The translations under genes and the position numbers were made by a program. Below are positions 44,113-52,953 of a stretch of DNA of 54,034 nucleotides, one piece after another. A model generated the notes under the pieces. It saw only the letters and a list, made by a program, of their open reading frames with translations. It was not told the DNA's origin and did no database searches. Each line of letters begins with the position of its first letter. Within the stretch, counting starts at the first letter, position 1. Origin of the DNA: Kofleriaceae bacterium (GTDB lineage: Bacteria; Myxococcota_A; Polyangia; Haliangiales; Haliangiaceae); contig JBKJLC010000008.1 in the NCBI GenBank assembly GCA_046597055.1, positions 1 through 54,034 of the forward strand, given 5' to 3'.

Positions 44113-45312
44113 GTGGCGACGCCGCGCGCGGAGTGCCCGCGCTGCCTGCGCCCGGTGTCGGTGTGCTACTGCGCGGCGCTGCCGCGGCTCGAGACCGCGA
44201 CCCGCGTGGTCATCCTGCAGCACCCGCGCGAGCGCACGGTCGCGATCGGCACCGCGCGCATGGCGGCGCTGTGCCTGCCGCAGGCGCAGCTGCACGTCGG
44301 GGTCCGCTGGAGCGAGAGCGCGCCGCTGGCCCGGGCGCTCGCGGATCCGGCCCGGCCGCCGATCCTGCTCTATCCCGGCCCCAACGCGCGCGACATCCTG
44401 CGCGACCCCCCGGCCGGGCCGGTCACCCTGGTCGTCGTCGACGGCACCTGGTCGCAGGCCCGCACCGTGGTCCGCGACAACCCGGTGCTGCAGGCGCTGC
44501 CGCGCTACGCGTTCGCCGCGCCCGAGCTGTCGCGCTACGCGTTCGCCGCGCCCGAGCTGTCGCAGTACCGGATCCGGCGCGAGCCCGACGACGAGTACGT
44601 CTCGACCATCGAGGCGCTGATGCACGTGCTGGGCGCGCTCGAGGGCGACCCGGTGCGGTTCCGCGCGCTGCTCGACCCGCTGCGCGCGATGGTCGACGCC
44701 CAGATCGAGTGCCAGGCGCGCTCGCCGCGCCGCGGGGTGCCGCGCCATCCCCGGCCGCTGCGGCCGCCGCGCCGGATCGTCCCGGCCGAGCTGAAGACCC
44801 GCTTCGACGACCTGGTCTGCGTGGTCGGCGAGGCCAACGCGTGGCCGTACCGCGCCGACCAGCCCAGCCACGACGACGGCATCGTGCACTGGGTCGCGCA
44901 CCGGGTCGGCGCCGGCGACTCCTTCGACGTGATCACCCCGCCGGTCGGCCCGCTGTCGCCGAGCACCTGCATGCACACCGAGCTCGACGAGGCCCGCCTG
45001 TGGGCCGGCGTGCCGCGCGCCGAGCTGGTCGATCGCTTCGACCAGTTCATCCGCTCGACCGACATCATCTGCTCGTGGGGCCACTACGCGCCCGAGCTGT
45101 TCCAGGCCGGCGGCGGCCGCCTGCCAGCCGCGCGGCTCGACCTCCGCGCCGCGGCCCAGCGCCTCACCAACCGCAAGATCGGCAGCCTCGAGAGCTACGC
45201 GGCCGAGCTGGGCCCGATCCCGGCGCCGCTCACCGCCGGCCGCGCCGGCCGCCGCCTCGCCATGCTCGCGCACGTCCTGCGCAGCTGGCGCGCGCTTCCC
45301 AGCGACGACTGA
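44113..45312 (+). CDS. DTW-domain tRNA-uridine aminocarboxypropyltransferase (TapT-like) with C-terminal extension
   Basis: CPRCLRP..VCYC, ILQHPRE, GTA, LLYP, VVDGTWSQA, YRIRREP, STIEA; about 170 aa extra C-terminal domain. Confidence 0.88.
   Translation: MATPRAECPRCLRPVSVCYCAALPRLETATRVVILQHPRERTVAIGTARMAALCLPQAQLHVGVRWSESAPLARALADPARPPILLYPGPNARDILRDPPAGPVTLVVVDGTWSQARTVVRDNPVLQALPRYAFAAPELSRYAFAAPELSQYRIRREPDDEYVSTIEALMHVLGALEGDPVRFRALLDPLRAMVDAQIECQARSPRRGVPRHPRPLRPPRRIVPAELKTRFDDLVCVVGEANAWPYRADQPSHDDGIVHWVAHRVGAGDSFDVITPPVGPLSPSTCMHTELDEARLWAGVPRAELVDRFDQFIRSTDIICSWGHYAPELFQAGGGRLPAARLDLRAAAQRLTNRKIGSLESYAAELGPIPAPLTAGRAGRRLAMLAHVLRSWRALPSDD
44501..44563 (+). repeat. Perfect 30-bp in-frame tandem duplication
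   Basis: CGCGCTACGCGTTCGCCGCGCCCGAGCTGT x2, giving RYAFAAPELS twice. Confidence 0.95.
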
Positions 45313-45562
45313 GTCGCCGGACCGCCTCGCCGGCTCGGTTGATCAGACGCCTCGGGACTGGTCACGTTGCGCGAGCCCTGGCGCAGGCCACCGGAAGGTC
45401 GTGTCGGATCCTGGGGACGCCTCACGCTCATTCCCGATGGCCCTGCGAACGCCCCACGCTCCTCGTTCCCGGGGCGTGGCGGGGCTGGCCCGAGCTGCCC
45501 GCCGCGCGGCTGTCGGGCGACCGGTGGGCGGCGATGTAGACGGCCTGGATCCGGTGGCCTGA

Positions 45563-46000
45563 TCACGCGGCGGCAGCGGCGAGGTCTTCGATGACCGCGG
45601 CGGCGCGGGCTCGCTTCCAGACCAGGTGCGCGGCGATGGCCACCCCGACCGCTATGACCGCTGTGAAGTTCCCAGCCGGATCGTCGGCATGACCCGACGA
45701 CGGGTAGAGCAGCACGCTTGCCACCGCGCCCAGCGAGAAGAATCCGAAGAAGCCGGTCATGAAGGCGGCGAGGGTGCGCGGTGCGAGCACCTTGGTGAAG
45801 AGCTGGACGCCGAACGTGACCAGGCCCGCAACCAGCCCGATAGGCGCCCCGAGCAGCGAGGCGAACGCCGGTCCGATCCGAGACCCCGGCACGGCCAGAC
45901 CCTCGACGAACGCGAGGGCGACGACGATAGCCGCAGCCTGGAAGATGCGTCGCTCGTGGCGGGTCCGCAGCGACGTCAGGAGGCTACCGGAGCTGGCCAT
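45563..46000 (-). CDS. Small four-TM membrane protein
   Basis: Four hydrophobic segments in ORF 45563..46036; ATG at 46000. Confidence 0.7.
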   Translation of the reverse strand: MASSGSLLTSLRTRHERRIFQAAAIVVALAFVEGLAVPGSRIGPAFASLLGAPIGLVAGLVTFGVQLFTKVLAPRTLAAFMTGFFGFFSLGAVASVLLYPSSGHADDPAGNFTAVIAVGVAIAAHLVWKRARAAAVIEDLAAAAA

Positions 46001-46189
46001 CGCCGGAGCATCGCTTGTCTGGCGGGGATAGCGCACCGCAAAAGACGGCAGCCATAGGCCGACGAGATGCTTGCCGGGGTGAGCCCGCTGTCTTCCTCAT
46101 CCCGTCTCCGTGTCGGCCCCGCCGACGGTCGAGGCGGGCGGCGGCGGGCGCGCATGCAGGACGCTGCGGCTGCAGCGCGTACGGGCCGA

Positions 46190-46340
46190 CGACTCCGTCG
46201 CGACGGCGGACGCGGCGGCGGCGATCGCCGGCGTCGAGGCCGTGGGTCTCGCGCCAGGAGTCGGCATCGATCGTGAGGCGGTGGCAGTGCTGGTTGATGA
46301 ACCACCGACCGCACTCCGCACACGGCCGCTTCTTCGTCAC
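46190..46340 (-). mobile_element. Internally deleted IS21-family remnant
   Basis: MTKKRPCAECGRWF (resembles IS-associated Zn-finger ORF starts) fused to QHCHRLTIDADSWR (resembles the IstB C-terminal motif). Recognised from memory; ends not resolved. Confidence 0.45.
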
Positions 46341-46472
46341 GTTCGCCGGAGCATCTGCCTCGGCGTCGTCGCGCGCCGCGAGCTCCCTGCCGAGGGCGCG
46401 CTGCTCGCCGCCGTGCCCCGGCTCGGCAAAGCACGCCGGCCGCCGCGCGGTGCTGGATCTGGAGGCCGCGGG

Positions 46473-47141
46473 TCAGCGCAGCGTGCTCGTGAGCAGCACG
46501 CCGTCGGCCCAGTAGGCGCGGGTCGGGCTGGCCGGCACCAGGTCGAAGGTGCGCTCGCCGCCATACGGCCGCTGGCGCACCGCGATCACGCGCGAGCCGT
46601 CGAGTGGGTCGGCGACCCCGAGCGTCCCGAGGGCGCGGCCATCGCCGGTGGGATGACCGGCGGACGCGGTGACCTCGCGGCCGTCGGCGAGATCGAGCAC
46701 GACCAGCGTGTGGTGACGCGGCGACGGCACCGAACCGACCCGCACCACCGGCACCGCGACCCGCCGGCCGCCGGCGTCGAGCGACCACACGGTCATGCCG
46801 GCGGTGAGCGCGCTGACCGCGACGTCGCCGCCCGGCGTCGCGATGGCCGCGTCGGCCGGCAGGCAGCGCGGACACCCGTGTTGCGCGCGGCTGGCCACCT
46901 CCTCGGGCGACAGCCACCGCCACGCTGGCGGTGGATCGGTGTCGCGCACGACCGGGGGACCGCAGTCCTGGACGCAGGTCGCGTCGGCGGTCGGCCGCGG
47001 CTCGGTGCACGGGACCTCGGCGACGGCGGCATCGGGCCCGTCGCTGCCCACCGGTGGGACCGGCGCCGGCGCGGCGCGGCCGGAGCAGGCCGCGGCGACG
47101 AGCAGCGTGGTGGCGACGCGGCGCACGGTGCGTGGCGGCAT
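46473..47141 (-). CDS. Lipoprotein with C-terminal Hint (Hedgehog/intein) domain
   Basis: Lipobox AAAC; Hint starts CLPADAAIATPGG (Cys codon 46863-46865), V..LTAGMTVW, TASAGHP, TFDL, YWADGVL. Confidence 0.85.
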   Translation of the reverse strand: MPPRTVRRVATTLLVAAACSGRAAPAPVPPVGSDGPDAAVAEVPCTEPRPTADATCVQDCGPPVVRDTDPPPAWRWLSPEEVASRAQHGCPRCLPADAAIATPGGDVAVSALTAGMTVWSLDAGGRRVAVPVVRVGSVPSPRHHTLVVLDLADGREVTASAGHPTGDGRALGTLGVADPLDGSRVIAVRQRPYGGERTFDLVPASPTRAYWADGVLLTSTLR

Positions 47142-47146
47142 GCCGC

Positions 47147-47156
47147 ACTGTACCCT
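47147..47156. promoter_or_regulatory. Overlapping bidirectional -10 elements
   Basis: ACTGTACCCT: TACAGT (minus) 5 nt before ATG 47141 and TACCCT (plus) 6 nt before GTG 47163. Confidence 0.55.
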
Positions 47157-47162
47157 CTCGCC

Positions 47163-47339
47163 GTGGTGGATCCCGACGCACCGGTCCCGTTCCCCGCCAG
47201 CCTGTGTCATCGCTGCCAGCACCTGCGGCTGAACGGCAACAAGCGCGGCTCGGTGTTCCTGTCGTGCGGCCAGCCTGACCTGCCGAAATACCTTCCGCAG
47301 CCGGTCGGGCGCTGCGGGGGCTTCCTGCCGGCGGGCTAA
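47163..47339 (+). CDS. Small Cys4 (probable metal-binding) protein, 58 aa
   Basis: LCHRCQH...RGSVFLSC...PKY.PQPV.RC.GF; in the ORF track it is only the tail of shadow ORF 46110..47339. Confidence 0.7.
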   Translation: MVDPDAPVPFPASLCHRCQHLRLNGNKRGSVFLSCGQPDLPKYLPQPVGRCGGFLPAG

Positions 47340-47348
47340 CCTGTCCGC

Positions 47349-47987
47349 ATGTCGGACCTGACGCTGTACGCCGAGGCCGGGTGGGTCAGCCCGTGGGTGT
47401 TCCACGCCATGGTCGCGCTCGAAGAGAAGCGCCTGCCCTACCGGCTCGAGGTGGTCACGCTGCCGCCCTCGCCCGAGCGCCGGGCCACGCTCCAGGCGCG
47501 CGCCGTGATCGGCAAGGTGCCGATCCTGGTCGACGGCGAGGCCTGGATCAGCGAGTCGATCGCGATCTCCGAGTACCTGGCGGAGTCGTACCCGACCCCG
47601 GGGCACCCGCGGATCTTCCCGGCCGACCTCGCCGACCGAGCTCGCGCGCGGCAGGTGCTGTCGTTCCTGCGCACCGATCTGCACGCGCTGCGCGAGGACC
47701 GGCCGACCTCGACGGTGTTCGGGACCGCGACCACCCGCCCGTTTTCGCCGACCGGCCGCGAGCAGGCGGCCGAGCTGGTGCGGATCGCGAGCGCGTTGAT
47801 CGCACCGGGGCAGCCCGCGATGTTCGGCGACTTCTGCATCGCCGACGCCGACCTCGCGCTCGCGCTGATGCGGCTGGTCGCGAACCGTGATCCGGTGCCT
47901 CCCGCGCTCGCCGCCTACGCCGCGGGCGTGTGGGCCCGGCCGTCGGCGCAGGTGTTCGTGCAGCACGCCCGCGCCGCGGTGCGCTGA
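47349..47987 (+). CDS. yfcF: Glutathione S-transferase, YfcF-like
   Basis: SPW...VALEEK, GKVP.L, SESIAISEYL, RARARQV..FLRTDL..LREDRPT, FGDFCIADADLALALMRL. Confidence 0.9.
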   Translation: MSDLTLYAEAGWVSPWVFHAMVALEEKRLPYRLEVVTLPPSPERRATLQARAVIGKVPILVDGEAWISESIAISEYLAESYPTPGHPRIFPADLADRARARQVLSFLRTDLHALREDRPTSTVFGTATTRPFSPTGREQAAELVRIASALIAPGQPAMFGDFCIADADLALALMRLVANRDPVPPALAAYAAGVWARPSAQVFVQHARAAVR

Positions 47988-48152
47988 GCTACCGGGGGGC
48001 ACGGCCCTCGATCGCGAACCAGACCAGCCCCCATCCCGCGAGGATCGCCAGCCCGCCGCCGCTCATGTGACCGGCATCATATCCGGGCGGCCCACCGCAC
48101 GCCGCCCCCGCCGTCACATGCCCCGCCGCCGCCGCCGGGGTACAACCGGCCC

Positions 48153-48866
48153 ATGCGATGCCAAGCTCAGCTCCTCGGGTTCACTCTCGCGCTGTCTCTC
48201 GCCGCGTGCGGCGGTGACGACGGCCCCGCCACGGTCGATGCCGCGCCCGCCGCGAGCATGGTCATGGTCAGCGGCGTCGCCCAGACCGTCGAGACCACCA
48301 GCACGGTCCCGCTGGCGGGCGCGACCATCGAGGCCTTCGCCCGCGCCGGCGGCACGCCGCTCGCGACCACCACGTCGGCGGCCGACGGCACCTACTCGCT
48401 CACGCTCGCCACCAGCGGCACCGCGATCGACGGCTACCTGAAGGGCACCAGCGCCGGCCGGATCGACACGTACCTTTATCCGCCGGCTCCGCTGGCCGCC
48501 GACACCACCGACGCCACGATGCTGATCGTCAACCAGCAGACCTTTGGCCTGCTCGCGACGCTGGGCGGCGTGACCCAGGATCCCGCCAAGGGCTTCATCG
48601 CGATGGTCGTGCGCGACGCCGCCGGTGACGGGGTCGCGGGCGCGACCGTCACGGTGACGCCGGCCGGGACCGCGCGCATCATCTATGCGGTCAACGCCCT
48701 GCCGAACCAGGGCGCCACCGCGACCGACGCCAGCGGCGGCGTGTTCATCGCCAACACCAACCCGGGCGATGTGACGGTCGACGCCGCGATGGGCGCCACC
48801 GCGTTCCGCGAGCACGTGGTCAACGCCCGCGCCGGCGTGGTCACGACCACCGTCGTCCAGCCCTGA
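48153..48866 (+). CDS. Lipoprotein with carboxypeptidase-regulatory-like beta-sandwich domains
   Basis: Lipobox LAAC; PLAGATIE...TTSAADGTYSL and VAGATVTV...TDASG repeats. Confidence 0.8.
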   Translation: MRCQAQLLGFTLALSLAACGGDDGPATVDAAPAASMVMVSGVAQTVETTSTVPLAGATIEAFARAGGTPLATTTSAADGTYSLTLATSGTAIDGYLKGTSAGRIDTYLYPPAPLAADTTDATMLIVNQQTFGLLATLGGVTQDPAKGFIAMVVRDAAGDGVAGATVTVTPAGTARIIYAVNALPNQGATATDASGGVFIANTNPGDVTVDAAMGATAFREHVVNARAGVVTTTVVQP

Positions 48867-48918
48867 TCGCCCGGCCGGTCGCGCCGTGCGCCGCTGCGTT
48901 GCGCGGCTATCCTGACGC

Positions 48919-50664
48919 ATGCGCCACGTCGCCCTCGCCACCGACTACGACGGCACCCTCGCCCACCACGGGGTCGTCGCCGACGAGACCATCCTCGCCC
49001 TCGAGCGCCTGCGCCAGTCCGGGCGTCGGGTCCTCCTGGTCACGGGCCGGGAGATGCACGATCTCCATCGCATCTTCCCGCGCCTCGACCTGTTCCACCG
49101 CATCGTCGCCGAGAACGGCGCGGTGCTGTACGATCCGGAGAGCCGGACCGAGAAGCTGCTGACTGACCCGCCCAACGAGGCGTTCGTGCAGGCGCTGCGC
49201 GACCAGGGCGTCGACCCGCTGTGGGTGGGGCGCGCGATCGTCGCCACCGTCGAGCCTCACGACGTCGCCGCGCTCGCCGCGATCCGCGAGCTCGGGCTCG
49301 AGCTGCAGGTCACGTTCAACAAGGGCTCGATCATGGTGCTGCCGTCCGGCGTCAACAAGGCGAGCGGGCTGGCGCGCGCGCTCGAGGATCTCGGCCTGTC
49401 GTCGCACAACGTGGTTGCGGTCGGCGACGCCGAGAACGACCACGCCTTCCTGGCCGCCTGCGGCTGCGCGGTCGCGGTCGCCAACGCCCTGCCCTCGCTG
49501 CAGGCCCGCGCCGATCTGGTCACCGCCGCGCCGCACGGGCTCGGGGTGATCGAGCTGATCGACCGGATGATCGCCAACGACCTCGCCGGCCTCGGGACCC
49601 GCCACACCGTGCTGGTCGGCACCTCGGCAGCTGGCGACGACGAGCGCATCGATCCGCTCGCCACCAGCGTCCTGGTCGCCGGGACCTCGGGCAGCGGCAA
49701 GTCGACCCTGACCACCGGGATCCTCGAGCGCCTGGCCGACGCGCGGTTCCAGTATGCGATCATCGATCCCGAAGGCGACTACACCAACCTGCCCGACGCG
49801 GTCGTGATCGGCGATCCCCAGACCGCGCCGACGGTCGCGGCCGTGATCGAGCTGCTACGGCACCCGTCCGGGCACGCCGTGGTCAACCTGCTCGGGATCC
49901 CGCTCGAGGACCGGCCGGCGTTCTTCAACGAGCTGCTGCCTCACCTGCTCGAGCTGCGCCAGCGCACCGGGCGGCCGCACCTGGTGGTGGTCGACGAGGC
50001 CCATCACCTGCTCCCGGCCGACCGTGGCCCGCGGCGGTCGGTCGCGCCGCCCACGACCGGGATGCTCTACATCACCGTCCACCCCGAGAGCGTCGCGCCC
50101 GACGCGCTCGCCGCGGTCGGCACCGCGTTCATCATCGGGCAGACGCCGTCCACGACGCTGACCGACTTTTGCCGCGCCGCCGGGCACACGCCACTCGCGG
50201 TCGAGCCCCGGCCGCTCGAGCCCGGCGAGGTGCTGGTCTGGCACCGCGGCACCGCCGCGCCCCCGCGCCGCATCCAGTCCGAGCCGCCGGTGACCGAGCG
50301 GCGGCGCCACGTGCGCAAGTACGCCGAGGGCAACCTCGGCCCCGACCGCAACTTCGTGTTCAGCGGTCCCCACGGCAAGCTCAACCTGCGCGCCCAGAAC
50401 CTGACGGTGTTCCTGCAGATGGCCGACGGCGTCGACGACGACACCTGGCAGCACCACCTGGGCCGCGGCGACTACTCGGCCTGGTTCCGCAAGGAGATCA
50501 AGGACGAGGCGCTCGCCAACGAGGCCGCCGACGCCGAGGGCCAGGCCGGCGCCCTGCCGGCGGCGACGACCCGCGCCACCATCCGCGACTCGATCCAGCG
50601 CCGCTACACCCTGCCCGCCGACAAGGCCTCGGGCGAGGTGAGCCGCGAGCCGGCCCGCGCCTGA
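48919..50664 (+). CDS. HAD-IIB hydrolase fused to a P-loop ATPase
   Basis: ATDYDGTL, VTGR, ENGA, NKASG, GDAEND; GTSGSGKS, IIDPEGDY, VVVDEAHH. Confidence 0.9.
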   Translation: MRHVALATDYDGTLAHHGVVADETILALERLRQSGRRVLLVTGREMHDLHRIFPRLDLFHRIVAENGAVLYDPESRTEKLLTDPPNEAFVQALRDQGVDPLWVGRAIVATVEPHDVAALAAIRELGLELQVTFNKGSIMVLPSGVNKASGLARALEDLGLSSHNVVAVGDAENDHAFLAACGCAVAVANALPSLQARADLVTAAPHGLGVIELIDRMIANDLAGLGTRHTVLVGTSAAGDDERIDPLATSVLVAGTSGSGKSTLTTGILERLADARFQYAIIDPEGDYTNLPDAVVIGDPQTAPTVAAVIELLRHPSGHAVVNLLGIPLEDRPAFFNELLPHLLELRQRTGRPHLVVVDEAHHLLPADRGPRRSVAPPTTGMLYITVHPESVAPDALAAVGTAFIIGQTPSTTLTDFCRAAGHTPLAVEPRPLEPGEVLVWHRGTAAPPRRIQSEPPVTERRRHVRKYAEGNLGPDRNFVFSGPHGKLNLRAQNLTVFLQMADGVDDDTWQHHLGRGDYSAWFRKEIKDEALANEAADAEGQAGALPAATTRATIRDSIQRRYTLPADKASGEVSREPARA

Positions 50665-50701
50665 CCGCCATCGCGGGCACGCCAGCGGTTATGCTCGGGG
50701 C

Positions 50702-50941
50702 GTGTTCCCGGGGATGACCACGTACGCCAAGCGCACCGCGGCGCTGGTCGCCATCCTCGCGGTGTGCGCGCTGCCCAAGAAGGTGCCGTGCGAGCGGCCG
50801 AGGCCCCAGTGCGATCTCGTCGAGGTCGATGGCCGCGGCTGCACGCCGACCGACCTCGAGCCGTACGGGATCTACCTGCTCGAGCTCGCGCTCCGCGATG
50901 ACCTGCCGGTCGCCTACCGGACCTGGCTCGACTGTCTCTGA
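50702..50941 (+). CDS. Small Cys-rich membrane/secreted protein
   Basis: Hydrophobic N-terminus, four further Cys, high GC3; TATGCT 6 nt upstream of the GTG. Confidence 0.65.
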   Translation: MFPGMTTYAKRTAALVAILAVCALPKKVPCERPRPQCDLVEVDGRGCTPTDLEPYGIYLLELALRDDLPVAYRTWLDCL

Positions 50942-50991
50942 CGCCCGGTCGCGACTTCGCAGGCGCACCACCTGACGCGGACGCCGCGGCG

Positions 50992-52095
50992 TCAGCCGGG
51001 GTGCGGTAGCGTCAGCGTGAACCGGCAACCGTGGCCGGGCAGGTCCTCGGCCACCAGCTGGCCGCCGTGGGCCTCGGCGGCCTGGCGAGCGATCGAGAGG
51101 CCCAGGCCGAAGCCGGTCTGATCGCAGCCCAGCTGGACGAAGGGCTCGAACGCGCGCGCCACCGCGCCCGCCGGCAGCCCACCGCACTCGTCCTCGACGT
51201 CGATCCGGACCACGTGGTCGAGGAGCCGGGCCCGGATGAGCACCCCCGTGCGCTCGTGCGTGAACTTGACCGCGTTGCCGGCCAGGTTGCCGAGCGCCGA
51301 CGCGATCAGGCGGACGTCGCCGCGCACCACCAGGTTCGCGGGTTCGACATCGACCCGCAGCCGAACCCCGCGCCGCGCGGCGAGCGGCGCGAGCGCCTGG
51401 GCCACCTCGCGCGCCACCGCGACGAGATCGATCACACCGATCGACGCCACTACCTGGGTCCGGCCGCTGCGCAATCGCTCCGACACCAGCGTGCTATCGA
51501 TCAGGCGCGACATGCGCAGGATGCTCGCTTGGACATCGGCGATCGACTCGCGGTCCGGGGTCTCGTCCTTCCACGCCTCCATCGACATGAGCGCGACGGT
51601 GAGCGGGCCGCGCAGCTCGTGGGCGAGGAACGCGAACTGCTCGGCGGCCTGGCGGGCCATCGCGGCGTCGCGCTCGTCGCTGAACTGGCCAACGGCCTCG
51701 GCGACCCCCAGGCTGATGTGGCGCGCGAACTGCCGGTACTCCTCCAGGTCGAGCGGCTCCGACGCTTCGGCGAGCAAGCCAATCACCACGTCGCCCAGGA
51801 TCCCGTACTCGCGGACCAGCTCGCGAATGTCGTAGCCGAGCGCCAGGCGCTGGGTCCCGTGCTCGGCCGCCGTGGCCGCTGCCGACGCGGCCGGCGCCTC
51901 GGTCATGAGCGACGGCTCGCTGGCCGGACGGTTGTCGCCCATGGCCGCGATCACCCGGTCGAGAAAGGCCGGCACGCCATCGAGCAACTGCGGTCGCGTG
52001 GCGGTGGCCCCGGTGAGATCACTGCCGCGGACCTCGTTCATGAAGCGACGGAGGATCTCGTCCCGCTCCCTGATCAGCAGCGCCCTGAGCCCCAC
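50992..52095 (-). CDS. Cytoplasmic histidine kinase with RsbRD_N-like domain
   Basis: EHGTQRLALGYDIRELVREY, LAHELRGPL, NLAGNAVKFT, VEDECGGL, GFGLGLSIAR. Confidence 0.9.
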   Translation of the reverse strand: MGLRALLIRERDEILRRFMNEVRGSDLTGATATRPQLLDGVPAFLDRVIAAMGDNRPASEPSLMTEAPAASAAATAAEHGTQRLALGYDIRELVREYGILGDVVIGLLAEASEPLDLEEYRQFARHISLGVAEAVGQFSDERDAAMARQAAEQFAFLAHELRGPLTVALMSMEAWKDETPDRESIADVQASILRMSRLIDSTLVSERLRSGRTQVVASIGVIDLVAVAREVAQALAPLAARRGVRLRVDVEPANLVVRGDVRLIASALGNLAGNAVKFTHERTGVLIRARLLDHVVRIDVEDECGGLPAGAVARAFEPFVQLGCDQTGFGLGLSIARQAAEAHGGQLVAEDLPGHGCRFTLTLPHPG

Positions 52096-52569
52096 CCTTC
52101 GAGTGTGGGCTCCCGGACGGGGAACTCAAGCTGCAAGGTGGACTCATAATATTACTGGCAGGCTGTAGACCGCGAACGCTCCGCCGCCGCGCCGATGACG
52201 CGTCGCAGTGCCGCTGTCCGAGCGCACCGTCAAACGGGCGTAACCCCGCGCCATCCGGACGCTGGCGACCACGTCGAGTCGGCAGCGCACGCCGCCGGCC
52301 GCCCTGGGACCTCGTCCCGCCTCGGCTCGTCCTCCGTGGCGGTCTCGAACACCGGACGGGTGCTCGACGGAGATGCGGCGCGGGCCACGCCGCTGGCCCG
52401 TTCGTCCAGCCTCCATGCTCCCTTCGCTTCCGACGGGCAGTTTGGAGTGCCCACGTCTCCTTCGAGAGAGCGCCGATCCCGGCATGGGTGGTCTGACGCT
52501 GCGGCCTCGCTCGCACCGGTCGCAAGATGGCGGGAACAAGCCAGCGCGGTCGCGCGGTCGCGCCCGGAC

Positions 52570-52953
52570 ATGCCTCGAACCTGGCGGCCGCTGCTCGTGT
52601 TCACCGGGGTTGCTTGTGGCGGCGCCGGCGCGGGCGGGGCACACCCGCCGGCGCAGCTGGTGCACGAGGCGTACGTCTGGCAGCGAGCGTGGACCGGCGC
52701 GGTCCGCGACGCCGTGAGCGCGGCACCCGCCGAGCTGACCGGGCTGCGGGTGCTGGCGCTCGAGGTCGACGGTGACGACGAGACCTGGCCAGCGGTCGAC
52801 GTGGCCGCGCTGGCCGCGACCGGCCGGCCGGTGACGGCGGTGGTGCGGCACGGCGGCGCGCGGCCGCGAGCCGAGCTGTCGCTCGCGGCGCTGCTCGCGC
52901 GACTCGGCGTGTGGCAGCGCGCGGGGGTCGACGTGATCGGCGTCGAGATCGAT
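52570..52953 (+). pseudogene. DUF3142-like protein, N-terminal part only, cut by the repeat array
   Basis: Signal/lipobox VAC, AYVWQRAW, LRVLALE, VVR, GVEID; similarity stops at EID, where the family normally continues (H/Y)DC. Confidence 0.7.

Noticed and set aside
45313..45560. Possible AraC-like remnant or ncRNA in the intergenic gap
   Set aside because: Only a weak motif that needs frameshifts, and no convincing structure.
46473..46865. Splicing intein
   Set aside because: It lacks the terminal His-Asn, a C-extein and an endonuclease domain.
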